From: Candidatus Latescibacterota bacterium
GTDB taxonomy: Bacteria; Latescibacterota; UBA2968
Direction: 5' to 3'
Assembly (NCBI GenBank): GCA_965198115.1
Contig: OZ240241.1
Span: forward strand, 8,362,056-8,426,055
Length of the DNA: 64,000 nt
Part shown: piece after piece, positions 10,902-21,769 of the stretch
How positions within the stretch are numbered: the first letter of the stretch is position 1
Layout of the letters: every line of letters begins with the position of its first letter
Position numbers and translations under genes: made by a program
Notes under the pieces: model-generated
Databases searched by the model: none
What the model saw: the letters and a program-made list of their open reading frames with translations, nothing else
Told to the model about the DNA's origin: nothing

Positions 10902-11672
10902 ATGACACCCGAAGAATTGTTTCGCTACGACGTGAGCGGATTTCTTCTGATCCCCGGAGCGATCGAATCGGACTATCTGACACACCTGAATGCGCGGTTG
11001 GACGAGTGGGAAGAAAAAGCCCGGAAACAGTTCGAAGCAGAAGGGAACCCACAGGTGCGTTACGACGACATCCTGAATCAGGAACCCGCGTTACTAGACC
11101 TGGTCGTGAACCCGGTCGTGCTGCCCTACCTGGTGGAGATGGTGGAACGTCCTCGATTGAAGTCGACGTGGGCGACGTTCAAGTGGCGGGGGGGTGAGAC
11201 AGGGTATCACTCCAACCATACGCCTACGGTGACGCACAATCTTTACCACTTCAACGGACAGATCAGACACAACCTGTTCCAGGTGTTCTATGCCATGCAC
11301 GATATCGGACCGGGAGAAGGGGCGTTGAAGGTGGTGCCGGGCAGTCACAAGGCCAACTATGTGCAGCCACCCGTGGAAGCCGTCGAAGACATGCTGGTGG
11401 AGATTCCGATGAAGGCCGGCGACGTGCTTCTGTTTACCCACGATCTGGGTCACTGCTCGCGCAATGAATCCGACAACATCCGGCGCACCATCATCTTTAC
11501 GTATTGTCCGGGCGTCATTTCCAATTCGTTTGGCGGAGATGGGCTCTACGACGCCCTCTTCGAAGGGGCGCCGGATAATAGCTGGCTGAAGTATCTGCTC
11601 CGCCGCCCGAACGGGTACCTGGAAACTTATCCGCAACCGGAATGCGGCGTTGCCGAATTGCAGGGCTCATAA
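10902..11672 (+). CDS. PhyH-family dioxygenase
   Basis: GFLLIPGA, VVPGSHK, MKAGDVLLFTHDLGH; GGAGG RBS before ATG 10902. Confidence 0.85.
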   Translation: MTPEELFRYDVSGFLLIPGAIESDYLTHLNARLDEWEEKARKQFEAEGNPQVRYDDILNQEPALLDLVVNPVVLPYLVEMVERPRLKSTWATFKWRGGETGYHSNHTPTVTHNLYHFNGQIRHNLFQVFYAMHDIGPGEGALKVVPGSHKANYVQPPVEAVEDMLVEIPMKAGDVLLFTHDLGHCSRNESDNIRRTIIFTYCPGVISNSFGGDGLYDALFEGAPDNSWLKYLLRRPNGYLETYPQPECGVAELQGS

Positions 11673-11688
11673 GCTGCCGGGATTTTAC

Positions 11689-12864
11689 GTGGCGATTCAC
11701 TTTTCAACCGAAGAGTTCAAGGCCAGACAGAACGCTGTTGCCCTCGACCTTCGTGGCCGTGGGCTCGACGGATGCCTGATGTTCAAGCAGGAGAGCATGT
11801 ACTACCTGACGGGCTACGACAGCTTCGGCTACTGCTTCTTCCAGTGCCTCATCTTCGGCGCCGACGGAAGCCTGACCCTGCTCACTCGGCTGCCCGACCT
11901 GCAGCAGGCCAGACTCACGTCGATCATCGAGGACGTCCGGCTCTGGTACGACGCGCCGGACGCGGACCCTGGCGCCGAGCTGCAGCGAGTGCTCGATGAT
12001 CTCGGTTACAAAGGAAAACACCTGGGAATCGAGTTCGACGCCTACGGACTGACCGCCTCGAGCTGGCGGTCGGTCGAAGCCGCACTGGACGGGTTCTGCG
12101 ATGTGACGGACGCATCCGACTTGGTCGGTCGCCGGAGGGCGATCAAGAGTTCGGCCGAGCTGGAGTACGTCCGACGCGCAGCGGAACTGGCCGACGAGGC
12201 GCTGGATGCAGCGGCCGAACACGCGCAGCCGGGCGCTTTCGAGGGCGACATCCTGGCTGCCATGCACGGTGCGATCTTCAGAGGCGGCGGCGACTATGCG
12301 GGCAACGAGTTCATCATCGGCTCGGGCCCAGAAGCGACGCTGATTCGATACCACTCGGGTCGGCGCAACCTGGACCGGAAGGACCAGCTCACGCTGGAAT
12401 TCGCCGGAGCGTTCCGACACTACCACGCCTGCCTCATGCGTACGATCCTCGTGGGAGCGCCCGACCCGGAACAGGTCTCCATGTACGAGGCCTGCCGGGA
12501 CGCACTGCTCGCGTGCACCGAGGCGGTAAAGCCCGGCGCGACGATGGGCTCGGTCTTCGACGCACACGCCCGAATCATGGACGACGCGGGCTACCGGGAC
12601 CAGAGGCTCGAGGCATGCGGCTATGGCCTGGGCGCGGTCTTCACCCCCGTCTGGGTGGAGCAGCCCATGTTCTACGAAGGGAACGCGCTCGTCATCGAGG
12701 CGAATATGGTCTTCTTCCTCCACATGATTCTGCTCGACCGCGAGGCCACAAGGGCGACGACGCTCGGCCACACCGTCGTCGTCACGGAAGACGGATGCGA
12801 GCCGCTGAGTAAAAGACCCCTCGACCTGATCGTTAACCGCGTAGAGGGTGTCCCAACTCGCTGA
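11689..12864 (+). CDS. M24 Xaa-Pro peptidase family protein (creatinase/ectoine hydrolase-like)
   Basis: QESMYYLTGY, RAIKSSAELEYVRRAA, YHACLMRT, GYGLG, GHTVVVTEDGCE. Confidence 0.88.
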   Translation: MAIHFSTEEFKARQNAVALDLRGRGLDGCLMFKQESMYYLTGYDSFGYCFFQCLIFGADGSLTLLTRLPDLQQARLTSIIEDVRLWYDAPDADPGAELQRVLDDLGYKGKHLGIEFDAYGLTASSWRSVEAALDGFCDVTDASDLVGRRRAIKSSAELEYVRRAAELADEALDAAAEHAQPGAFEGDILAAMHGAIFRGGGDYAGNEFIIGSGPEATLIRYHSGRRNLDRKDQLTLEFAGAFRHYHACLMRTILVGAPDPEQVSMYEACRDALLACTEAVKPGATMGSVFDAHARIMDDAGYRDQRLEACGYGLGAVFTPVWVEQPMFYEGNALVIEANMVFFLHMILLDREATRATTLGHTVVVTEDGCEPLSKRPLDLIVNRVEGVPTR

Positions 12865-12877
12865 GAGGAGGCCATTG

Positions 12878-13920
12878 GTGCCCGAGATCGAAATACTCGA
12901 CAGCGGTCATATAGATCGCAGCGATTCCGCTTTTCCCACAGTCGTTAGAATGGACGATGGCAATTTGGTCTGCGCGTTCAGCATGGGCGGCGGGGCGCAC
13001 GTGTCGGGGGGCACGCACTGTTCCCGATCGGGCGACGGGGGTCGTACATGGGCCTACGAGGGTCCCATCCTCGAGCCGACGACCGCGCCGCTGACGACGA
13101 ATAGCTTGCGACTCAGCCGCACGCCGGATGGTACGATACTCGCCTACGGTCAGCGGGATCAGAAAGAGCAGCCGGACAAAAGGACTAGCGAGCCGGTGCT
13201 GTGCCGTTCCACCGACGGCGGACGCAGCTGGTCCGAGCCGCAGATCATCCCGTTTCAAGTGCCCGGGCCCTACGAGATCTCCAATGCCATCGTCGTCACG
13301 AGCGACGGACGCTGGCTGGCGCCGGCGGCTTCCTTCCACGACGGTCGCTATGGGGAACGAGTGGTCCTGCACGAGTCGTCCGATCAAGGCGCGTCCTGGC
13401 CGAGGATGCACACCGTTTTCGAGGATTCCGGAGCGAAAATCGGATACCTCGAACAGAAAGTGATCGAGTGCAGCCAGAACGCCTGCTGGCGATGGCGTGG
13501 GTGCAGGACTACGGGGCAGACACGGATCTGAAGAACGGATACAGCTGTTCACACGACGGCGGCCGTACGTGGGACGGTCCCCACTCGACGGGCATCCAGG
13601 GGCAGACCATGACGCCCGTCTGGCTGGGTGACGACCGCTTCCTCGTGCTCTACAACAAACGCTACGGTGAACAGAGTGTGCAGATGTGTCTGGTGCGTGC
13701 TGCCGGCGAACGATTCGATGTCGAATTCGAGGGCACGATGTACGACGGCCGCGCTCGGCTGGAATTGACCGATGACGTCAGCAGCCAGGAGCAGATCGCG
13801 CTCATCCGCTTCGGCTTCCCGACCGCCGTGCGCCTCGACCAGGAGACCTTTCTGGCCACGCACTGGTGCGAGGAAGAAGGCGTGTGTGGCATACGCTGGA
13901 CGCGGCTGCGGCTGACATGA
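12878..13920 (+). pseudogene. Sialidase-like BNR-repeat protein with one frameshift
   Basis: Asp-boxes RSGDGGRTW, RSTDGGRSW, SSDQGASW, SHDGGRTW; frame switch near 13471 (VIEC/QPERLLAMAW); GAGGAGG RBS. Confidence 0.8.
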
Positions 13921-13926
13921 GTCGGC

Positions 13927-14670
13927 CTACAGCCGTCCACTCAGGATGTCGTCGACGATTTCCACGAGGCAGTCGACGGTGGCATCGACCATACGTCGAC
14001 CTTTGTCCGCCGTCGCCACGGTCGGATCGCCGAAATTGCCGCGGCTGCTGTGTTCGTCCAGCCGGCGAAACCGTCCTACGCGGTCGGCGTAGGACGATGG
14101 CGATGTCCCGCCGTCAGCGTGCAGGCGGTCCGTTCGGACCAGGTCCGGTCGCAGCGCCAGCATCATCGATGTTTCCGTTTCGCCGGCGTGCCCTGAGCCG
14201 TTCGGACCGGCCTCACGAATGGGGTCCAGCGCCGGGGCCGCGACATCCCACCAGGAGGCGTCGTATACACGGGCGTCCGCGTGCATCTCTTTCAGCTCCT
14301 GCAGAGCCACCCGTATGTCCGCGGAATTGCCGCCGTGGCCGTTTATCACGAGCACCTTGTCGAACCCCCCCCCAATCAACCCGTCGACCGTCTCTACCAG
14401 CACACGAATGTGGGTCTGAGAACGCGCCGTCAGACTCCCGGCGAAGCGCATGTGGTGAAAGGAGTAACCCAGCCACTGGGTCGGCAGACAGGCGATGCGA
14501 TCGCCGATCTTCAAGTCCATCGCATCCACCATTGCATCCAGCTGGATCGTGTCGGTGAGCATGGGTAGGTGGAGCCCGTGCTGTTCGAACGACGCAATGG
14601 GGTAGACGGCGACCAGGCGTTCCTTGTCCAGGTCGCGGATATCGGGCCAGTTCATCTCCCCGAGTTTCAT
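13927..14670 (-). CDS. Creatininase family amidohydrolase
   Basis: EQHGLHLP..TD, INGHGGN, HAGETETS, GDPT.AT..KG. Confidence 0.92.
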   Translation of the reverse strand: MKLGEMNWPDIRDLDKERLVAVYPIASFEQHGLHLPMLTDTIQLDAMVDAMDLKIGDRIACLPTQWLGYSFHHMRFAGSLTARSQTHIRVLVETVDGLIGGGFDKVLVINGHGGNSADIRVALQELKEMHADARVYDASWWDVAAPALDPIREAGPNGSGHAGETETSMMLALRPDLVRTDRLHADGGTSPSSYADRVGRFRRLDEHSSRGNFGDPTVATADKGRRMVDATVDCLVEIVDDILSGRL

Positions 14671-14684
14671 TTCAACTCCCCTGT

Positions 14685-15716
14685 CTATCTGTGAGCTGCG
14701 TCCGTGTGCCTTCTTCGATAGCTGTAATGGAACTCCCGGGTCGATTCGAAGACCGGAGGGAGCGGGCGCCCATTCGGGATGGTCATCCAGATTCGCAGCA
14801 TATGGCGGTCGTCGCCCCGTCGATCATCCGTGAACGCGGAGCGGGCGTGAAGCATGTCGTAGTTGTTCGCCATCAGAATGTCACCAGGCTGCATGTCGAA
14901 CTCGAGCGATAGTTCGTCGCAGACCTGATCCATGAGGTCGAGTGCCTCGATCTGTTTCGCATCGAACCTGGGAACGTCTTCGAACCGTTGCGCCAGGTCG
15001 ATGTACTCGCGCTTGTAGAGAACGTTCAGATGCCCTTCATGGTAGCTGTAGATGGGCACCTCCTGCACCGGCGGCGCGTTCGGAAGCTGTTGTCCTCGGG
15101 CGTCGAAGTGGAACGGCTCCTGAAGCACTTGTGCCAGGTCGTGACGGCGGCGGACGATCTCGTTGAAGACCGACACGGCGCTGACGAGCCTGGAACGACC
15201 TCCTTCCTTCGCCTGGTGCAGGCAGAGCAGCGCGAACACGTCCGACCCGTCGTTGTGATAGTTGATCGCACGATTCGTCTGGTACGCGCGCAGGTCATCG
15301 TTTCTTTCCAGGCTTCTTCCCGTATCCCGCACGTGGTGAAGAAGGTTGCCCGCCGCATCTTGCGGCTCCGGCGTGCCGAACTGTGTGCCGAACGTCCAGA
15401 ACATTTGCTCGATCACCGGCGCGTCGCAACCTGCAGGGAAGCCCCGAACCAGCGCGAATCCTTGCCCACCCTCTAGGCGACCCAGAAGCCAGTCGCGCAG
15501 TCCAACAAAAGCGGGCAGCGCTTGGTCGGCGTGCCCTGTACCCGAGGCCCGATTCGAAGCTCCCGCGCCCGCTTCGCTCAAGTCGTCGATCTGCTTTGGC
15601 TCGAAGTCTTTAATCCAGTCGGTCTTGTCGACCAGGTCAGAGCCACGCCACGCCACGCCGCGGGCGTTTCCAACGTCGTTTTCAGGTAATGGGTCATCGA
15701 GACCTATGCGATCCAC
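14685..15716 (-). CDS. TauD/TfdA family dioxygenase
   Basis: YHND, LLCLHQAKEGG.S, PGDI...NN...HAR..F, RHMLRIW. Confidence 0.88.
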   Translation of the reverse strand: MDRIGLDDPLPENDVGNARGVAWRGSDLVDKTDWIKDFEPKQIDDLSEAGAGASNRASGTGHADQALPAFVGLRDWLLGRLEGGQGFALVRGFPAGCDAPVIEQMFWTFGTQFGTPEPQDAAGNLLHHVRDTGRSLERNDDLRAYQTNRAINYHNDGSDVFALLCLHQAKEGGRSRLVSAVSVFNEIVRRRHDLAQVLQEPFHFDARGQQLPNAPPVQEVPIYSYHEGHLNVLYKREYIDLAQRFEDVPRFDAKQIEALDLMDQVCDELSLEFDMQPGDILMANNYDMLHARSAFTDDRRGDDRHMLRIWMTIPNGRPLPPVFESTREFHYSYRRRHTDAAHR

Positions 15717-16758
15717 AATTCGTGCGTCAAGAGCGCGTCGGATGTGAGGACTTCTGCGCCCGTCTCGGTAACCAGTACCACGGCCTCGAGCCCGAATTTC
15801 TCTTCAGCCTCCCAGAATGGGTAGACGCCGTCCAGCGTGACAAACGGCTCCACGGCCAGCACCATGTCCTTCTGTATCAAGTCTTCGTTGGCGGCCGTGA
15901 GCCCCGGTTCCTCGTGGATGTCGAGACCGAGGCTGTGACCGATCGTCGACCAGCCGTAATCGAGACACCATTTTGAGAAGTCACCGAAGCCGGCCGCATC
16001 GTTCACCGCGAAAGCAGCACCAAGAGGGACGTTGAAGGGGACGCCCGGTTTGACTTGGTCGATGGCGGCTTCGAAACCGGCTTTCGCCAAATCGAAGTGA
16101 CGCCGCTGCTCGGGCCGCGGTTCACCGATCGCGGCAATGCGCTTGAAGTCGCACCAGTATCCCCCGTAGACACAGCCTCCGTCGAACTGAACGAGGTCAC
16201 CCTTTTGGAGCACATAGTCCGTCGGCATGCTGTCCGCCCACATCGCCCGGGGGCCGGCGTAGAGGGCATTGAACCGCTGCTCGCTGGCACCCTCCGCACA
16301 CATGATGCTCGTCATGATGTCGACGACCTGTTTCTCCGTCACACCGGGACGCAGGGCTTCGAACCCGGCTTTGACGCCCTGTGTCGAGATCCGGGCGGCC
16401 GTGCGCAGGCGCTCGATTTCGGCTGACGACTTGATGCGGCGCAGACGCCACACGGCCTCGCTGCCGTCGACGATGTTGGCGTGCGAGAGTCCGTCGGTCA
16501 GTTCACGGAAATCCTCCTGACCCAGGTTCACCTGCATCCCCGAACTCAGCTCCATGCCGATCGTCGAGCTACCCAACCCCTTATCCTCGAGGACGTCGAG
16601 GACAAGCGCCACGGCATTCGACTTCTTGTCGATCTGAGATCCCTTCGTCAACGGCCAGTAACGTACGTCTTCGATCCAGCACTGTTTCACGAGATGCTCG
16701 AAACCGTGGGAGACCATCAGGACGGGAGTCCCTTCGACGGGAACGAGTAAGAAAAAAA

Positions 16759-18178
16759 GGCTATATCCGGATCTCTCAACGAGATGAAGTGGGTGAAGGT
16801 GCCGTGGTTCCTGGCATGGGGGCGCGGTTAGAGTGTGCGGAACCTCTTCGGAATCTGCTCAGGGATGTTTATGTCTCCGACGGTAAGGAAGATCATATCG
16901 TTGAATGCGTCGAGTGTGCGGAATCCGCTGGCTCGGTTCTTGACGATTTGGACGATTCGGTTGAGGCCTTCGGCGATGGCGTTGGTAAGACGCGTGTTCA
17001 CGAATGCGAGGACGCCGAAGAAGTGCTGTCGCAGGGTCCTGACGAACTTTCGCAGGGGTTCAAGTCGACTTCTGAGTGCGGACGTCGTCCAGCATTTCAG
17101 GAAGCGTTCGGCAGCCCAGGGCGCTTTGTATTCCCAGAACTGCTCGAACTCGTCCTTGAGTCTCCAGGCTCTATAGATTCGGTAGTTCGCCTTCTCCAGT
17201 GCTTTGAGTGTCCGAGTATCCCCTCTGGAGCGTGTCGCTGAGTGCCGGTAGAGGAGCCATCGGAGGCCCTTCATGGCTTTGCGCTCATCCGGGGCAGCTT
17301 TACGCCACTGGTCCTTACGGACCTCGTCAACGGCGGCATTGAGAGCCTTGACGATGTGAAAGCGATCGAGGACCAGCTTGGCATTCGGACAGTGTTCCTG
17401 GATGGCTCCGATGTAAGCTTCGCTCATGTCGCAGCAGGCCCACTCGATCTTGGATCTCCGGTAGGGACTGAGAGCCTCTGTGAAGAACCGATCGATCGTT
17501 TTACGCGCCCTGCCGCGGCCAACCCACACCACGCAGGAGCGGTCCAGATCGTAAACGAGCGTGGCGTACCTGTGACGCTTGGCGTAGGAGATCTCGTCGA
17601 TCCCGATGGTTTTGAGCCCTCGGATACGATGACCTTCACGAAGCCGCGTGATGGATCGGTGAAGGAGATCCGACAGCGTCGAGGCAGAGATGCGCAGTAA
17701 CTCGGACGCCGCCTTCTGCGTCATGGTCTGGCAGTAGCGCAGCATGGCATACTCGAAGCGATACGTCACCCGAGAGAACCGCTCCGCCCACGGAATCTCC
17801 TCGACCACACGACCGTGGGTAGGACACCGAATCTCCCGAGGATGGTAGAGAAGCCAGACCCTCCACCCGCACACCGGAATGTCACGCCACCGACGCGGAT
17901 GGGGCATTGTGCGGACGATTTTACCTCGACGGCCGCACTCCGGACAACAACAACCATTCTTATGTGGCTTTACGGCGATGACGAAACAGCTTCTCCCCTC
18001 AAACCACCAGCTGACAACACGGAACCCCTTGAATCTCAGCAGTTTCGATAGTAATCTGCTCCCGGTCATAGGTCGCACCCCCTTCGCTTTGATTGTCCTA
18101 CACACACAACCAAGCGTAGGGAACGATCTATGACCTTGTCATTCTATAGTTTCATCGTTGAGAAACCCGGATAGAGCC
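16759..18178 (-). mobile_element. ISL3-family element, copy 1 (1420 bp)
   Basis: IRs GGCTATATCCGG / CCGGATAGAGCC; 8-bp TSD GAAAAAAA; near-identical to 58644-60063 and 60071-61490. Confidence 0.95.
16828..18105 (-). CDS. ISL3-family transposase
   Basis: CPECG zinc finger, IGIDE, CDMS, DRFHIVK, TNAIAEGLN; start may be ATG 18069. Confidence 0.95.
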   Translation of the reverse strand: MCRTIKAKGVRPMTGSRLLSKLLRFKGFRVVSWWFEGRSCFVIAVKPHKNGCCCPECGRRGKIVRTMPHPRRWRDIPVCGWRVWLLYHPREIRCPTHGRVVEEIPWAERFSRVTYRFEYAMLRYCQTMTQKAASELLRISASTLSDLLHRSITRLREGHRIRGLKTIGIDEISYAKRHRYATLVYDLDRSCVVWVGRGRARKTIDRFFTEALSPYRRSKIEWACCDMSEAYIGAIQEHCPNAKLVLDRFHIVKALNAAVDEVRKDQWRKAAPDERKAMKGLRWLLYRHSATRSRGDTRTLKALEKANYRIYRAWRLKDEFEQFWEYKAPWAAERFLKCWTTSALRSRLEPLRKFVRTLRQHFFGVLAFVNTRLTNAIAEGLNRIVQIVKNRASGFRTLDAFNDMIFLTVGDINIPEQIPKRFRTL

Positions 18179-18378
18179 GAAAAAAATAGAAGTGACAGGC
18201 GTCCCACGCGCCGTCCCGCAGACCGGCGAAGTAGCGCAGGTTCTGGCGTCCGGTCAGGTAAAGGGCGTCGATGGCGCTCTCGCGAAGGACCTGCTGTGCG
18301 CGGACGTAGCGCTGCTCGTATTCGGCGCGCGGAAAATCAGGGAACATTAACTCTTTCATAAACGGTGTTCGACCCGTC

Positions 18379-18647
18379 TCACTGCTCGTCGAAGAACCCG
18401 ATTGCGTCCAGGGCAGTCCGCATCTGGTGCTTTTCGCCCTCATCAAGCGGGGGTATGGGCGTGCGTGGAAGGCCGCACGCCAGACCCATCCAATCCATGG
18501 TCTGCTTGGCCGCGGCGACGACCTCGACAGTGGAAATGGCGGCGATGCACGCGTTGATCCGCTTCTGCGCAGATGTGGCGGCGGGCATGTCCGAGGCTTG
18601 GATCGCATCCCAAAGCTCGACGAACCACTGAGGTATAAGATTGTAGC
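18379..18647 (-). pseudogene. C-terminal fragment of a DHDPS/N-acetylneuraminate lyase family protein, truncated by IS630
   Basis: SYNLIPQWFVELWDA...AQKRIN...AAAKQTMDWMGLACGLPRTPIPPL; the N-terminal part is not present beyond the IS630. Confidence 0.72.
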
Positions 18648-19914
18648 TAAGTGCATGGTTTCATAAACATTATTACGTATGTCCTGAACATTATTTGTAG
18701 CTTATGTTCTCCTTCAAAAGGAGGAGAACAATGCCAAGACGTTCGCCTTATGTGGTGCTACTGTCTGAGAAGGAACGGGTCGACCTCGAGCGAATGGCTG
18801 GACAATATACGTTATCGTATTATAAAGTGATCCGATCGAAAATCGTGCTTCTCGCCGCCGAGGGATTATCCAACAAGATTATCGCCCAACGGTTGGATGT
18901 CCCGCGTCCGATCGTAAGCAAATGGCGTAAGCGCTTTTTCGAAGAGCGTCTTTCGGGACTCGAAGATAGATCTCGTCCCGGGCGCCCGCCCGGTTTTCCC
19001 CCCTCAGGTGGTCGTTCAGATCAAGGCGCTGGCGTGTGAACTACCGAGCGAGAGCGGGATACCGCTCTCGCGGTTCAGCTGTTCCGAGATTGCCGCCGAG
19101 GCAGTGCAAAGGGGCTTCGTTGCCAAGATCAGCGGCGCCACTGTCTGGCGCTGGTTGAACGAGGACGCGATTCGTCCTTGGTATCATCGCTCCTGGATTT
19201 TCCCACGGGACCCGGACTTCCAAACCAAAGCAGGTAGAGTCCTTGATCTGTATCACCGCCAATGGCAAGGAAAGCCTTTAGGGCCGAGGGAATATGTACT
19301 TTCTGCCGACGAAAAGACCAGTATTCAAGCACGAGCTCGCAAGCACGTTACCCTACCGCCAGCCTCGAACAGAGCGGCACGCGTTGAACACGAATACGAG
19401 CGGAAAGGAGCCCTGGCCTATCTGGCTGCTCTCGACGTGCACAATGGTCGAATCTTCGGTCTCTGTGAGTCTTCTTCGGGTATCGAGCCCTTCAACCGGC
19501 TCCTGAGCCTGATCATGAGCCGGAAACCCTATTGCTCGGCAAAGAAAGTCTACCTCATCGTGGATAATGGCTCCTCGCACCGAGGGCAAACATGCATCGA
19601 CCGTATCCAGGGGAAGTGGCCAAACATCCACCCCGTTCACCTTCCGATCCACGCAAGCTGGCTCAATCAGATCGAGATCTACTTCTCGATCCTCAAACGC
19701 AAGGCTCTGACACCTATCGAATTTGCATCGCTCGAAGAGCTTGAGGCAAGAATCCTCGGTTTTCAGGAACGCTACGGACGTATCGCCACACCCTTCAAAT
19801 GGAAGTTCACACGAACAGATCTCGCGGAGATGATCGACAAACTCAGGTTCTACGATACGCCCTTGGCAAAGTCTGCTTAGAATACGTCACCGTATTTGAG
19901 AACAGGAGTACTAA
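18648..19914 (+). mobile_element. IS630-family element
   Basis: CTAAG at both flanks (TA target), imperfect IRs ending ...ACGTAT; right end duplicated at 42980-43193. Confidence 0.85.
18731..19880 (+). CDS. IS630 transposase in two frames (likely programmed -1 frameshift at TTTTCCCCCC near 18995)
   Basis: HTH ORF (to 19039) plus DDE ORF 19008-19880 with SADEK, VDN.SSH, HASWLNQIE. Confidence 0.88.
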
Positions 19915-20101
19915 GGAAGCAGCCTACGTACATCTAGGACCCGATGAGACCTGCTAGGCGGAGGCGCCCTTCGATATAGTCTTAAGTCTGCAGGTCAACC
20001 TTTCCTCCCCGCTCCACGGCTCCTATAACGGGAGTCTTCCTCGGGACGAGCAAGAGGTCGACCGCCTGACATCGGCCAAGATCGTCGAAGGGCTCATTCA
20101 G

Positions 20102-20509
20102 ATGGAGGAACGGCCGTGGCCAGAGTGGCGCGGCGGGAAGCCCCTTACGCAGCGCGGCCTTGCCCGGCTGTTAGGGCCTTTCAGCGTTCGACCCCAACAG
20201 CTTTGGATCGATGGGGCGAAGACACGGGGCTACAATCGCGATGACTTCGTAGACGCCTGGACGCGCTACCTAGTTCCTGACCCTCCCACCGGGGCTTTTT
20301 CCGAGGGACCCCCGGCCCCAAGTGGTAGGTCCGGTAGGACCCGCGTCAGGACTGCGTTTCAGCCAGATTCGCAAGCGGTAGGCGCTCGCAATCCTACCAG
20401 TTGCGAAAACGCCCAAAAACCGCGCCAGGACTGCCTCCTACCGGTCCTACCACTTGCAAACCGCCCATCTGAGACGGAAGTGAATGAAGATGGCTGGACG
20501 GAGGTATGA
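20102..20509 (+). pseudogene. C-terminal fragment of a DUF3631-type primase/replication-associated protein
   Basis: EERPWPEWRGGKPLTQRGLARLL...TRGY...F.DAWTRYL signature; N-terminus missing. Confidence 0.65.
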
Positions 20510-21547
20510 CCATGACCTGAGCTATTGGAGATGCTGCGCCTACCGGAAGACGGTTGCCGCACTATCCCGACTCCCGACGTGGCTCGCGGGATCCGGCCTC
20601 GTTCTCTCCTGCTTACTGCCCAGAGTCCTTTGAAAGGGAGCCCCAGCCAAATGTCCGCTAACATCGGAAAAACCAAGGTCGCAACGGAGTAGCGAAGCGT
20701 TCAAGACGCAGGTTCGCACTCACTGTGGCGAAGAAAAAACGTTTGCTCAAAGCGATCCGGCTCGGTATGTCCTACGCGCACGCGGCGCTGTACGGGCATT
20801 GCCGAAAAGACGTTCTACAATGTTCAAGTAATTGAAACCCGACGGCTTGCCGGACCCCCCCCGAGATTCCTGAGAGTGTCTACGTCCGATGCTGTGACCA
20901 TTCGATTGTCCTTTGCATCGGGGATGTTGTCCCTCTTGACGTAGATTTCAAGTGGAGTCAGGTTGACTTTGCCGAAAGTTCATGCAAGTGAACTGCAGGC
21001 TGTTGGCGACAGCCTACGTTTTCGTTCGATGCAAGCTGTCCCACCGGAATTGCTGTCCGCCATTCGCACCCACCACCCCCCCCCCCCCCAAGCCGATCGG
21101 CGCTCCTGAGCGCCCTCAAGGCCCTTCCCGGGTCAGGGATGGCCACAGCACGATCACGGGCCAGGACGCCGGCGACGTGGGATCAGCAGGACGGCCGAAG
21201 CAGTTTCACGAACCGTGGGTTGGGGGTCGGGGGTCTTTTCCCTGGGTCGGGGGGTCTTTTCCGCGCTTGGCGCAAGCCTGAAAAGCACCAACGCGTTACT
21301 AGTACTTCTTATGAAGTACTAGAGAGAGCATCGTAGACAGGATATAATATCCGTATTATCAGTCGGTTAGATCAATTTCGGCCGCGTTATTGCCGGACGC
21401 CCTATTCCACCTCCTTTCACAGATGCGCCTACGCCCGCCGCCGCCGTGGGTGGAGGACGAAGGACCTGGTAGTCACGACAAGGGGATGCGGCACAAGGGG
21501 ATTCGCAAGGGTCTGCAGATGCACGAGGCCCAGGAACTGGCTCTGGC

Positions 21548-21745
21548 TTCTCGTCCATCCCGGTCTTGGCGGCGGCGACAGCGAGTGTCTTTTCCTTCGG
21601 TATCAGCGACATTAATCTCCTCACCTGTGCATCCGTGACCATCTAACCTCCCATCACAACAAGGGGTTAGATAACCTACGGCCATCCCCGCAAAACGGGA
21701 ATTATGGTTTGTCGTCAGGTGGGAGTTCTAATTTGTCGCTAATCA
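21548..21745 (-). mobile_element. IS21-family left-end relic with the first codons of istA
   Basis: MVTDAQVRRLMSLIPKEKTLAVAAAKTGMDEK then an abrupt switch; repeated TTTGTCG terminal boxes at 21709-21740. Confidence 0.6.
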
Positions 21746-21769
21746 CCTCCTCCCATAAAATGGCGGTCT

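Larger units (their letters stand above)
15704..18359 (-). pseudogene. M24 Xaa-Pro peptidase interrupted by ISL3
   Basis: N-terminus MKELMFPDFPRAEYEQR...CHFYFF (18359-18179) joins in frame to LLVPVEGTPVLMVSHG...GHSLGLDIHE after the IS is removed. Confidence 0.88.

Noticed and set aside
19990-20020. tRNA 3' end or att site (CCCCGCTCCA)
   Set aside because: No T-loop or cloverleaf upstream and no second copy seen.
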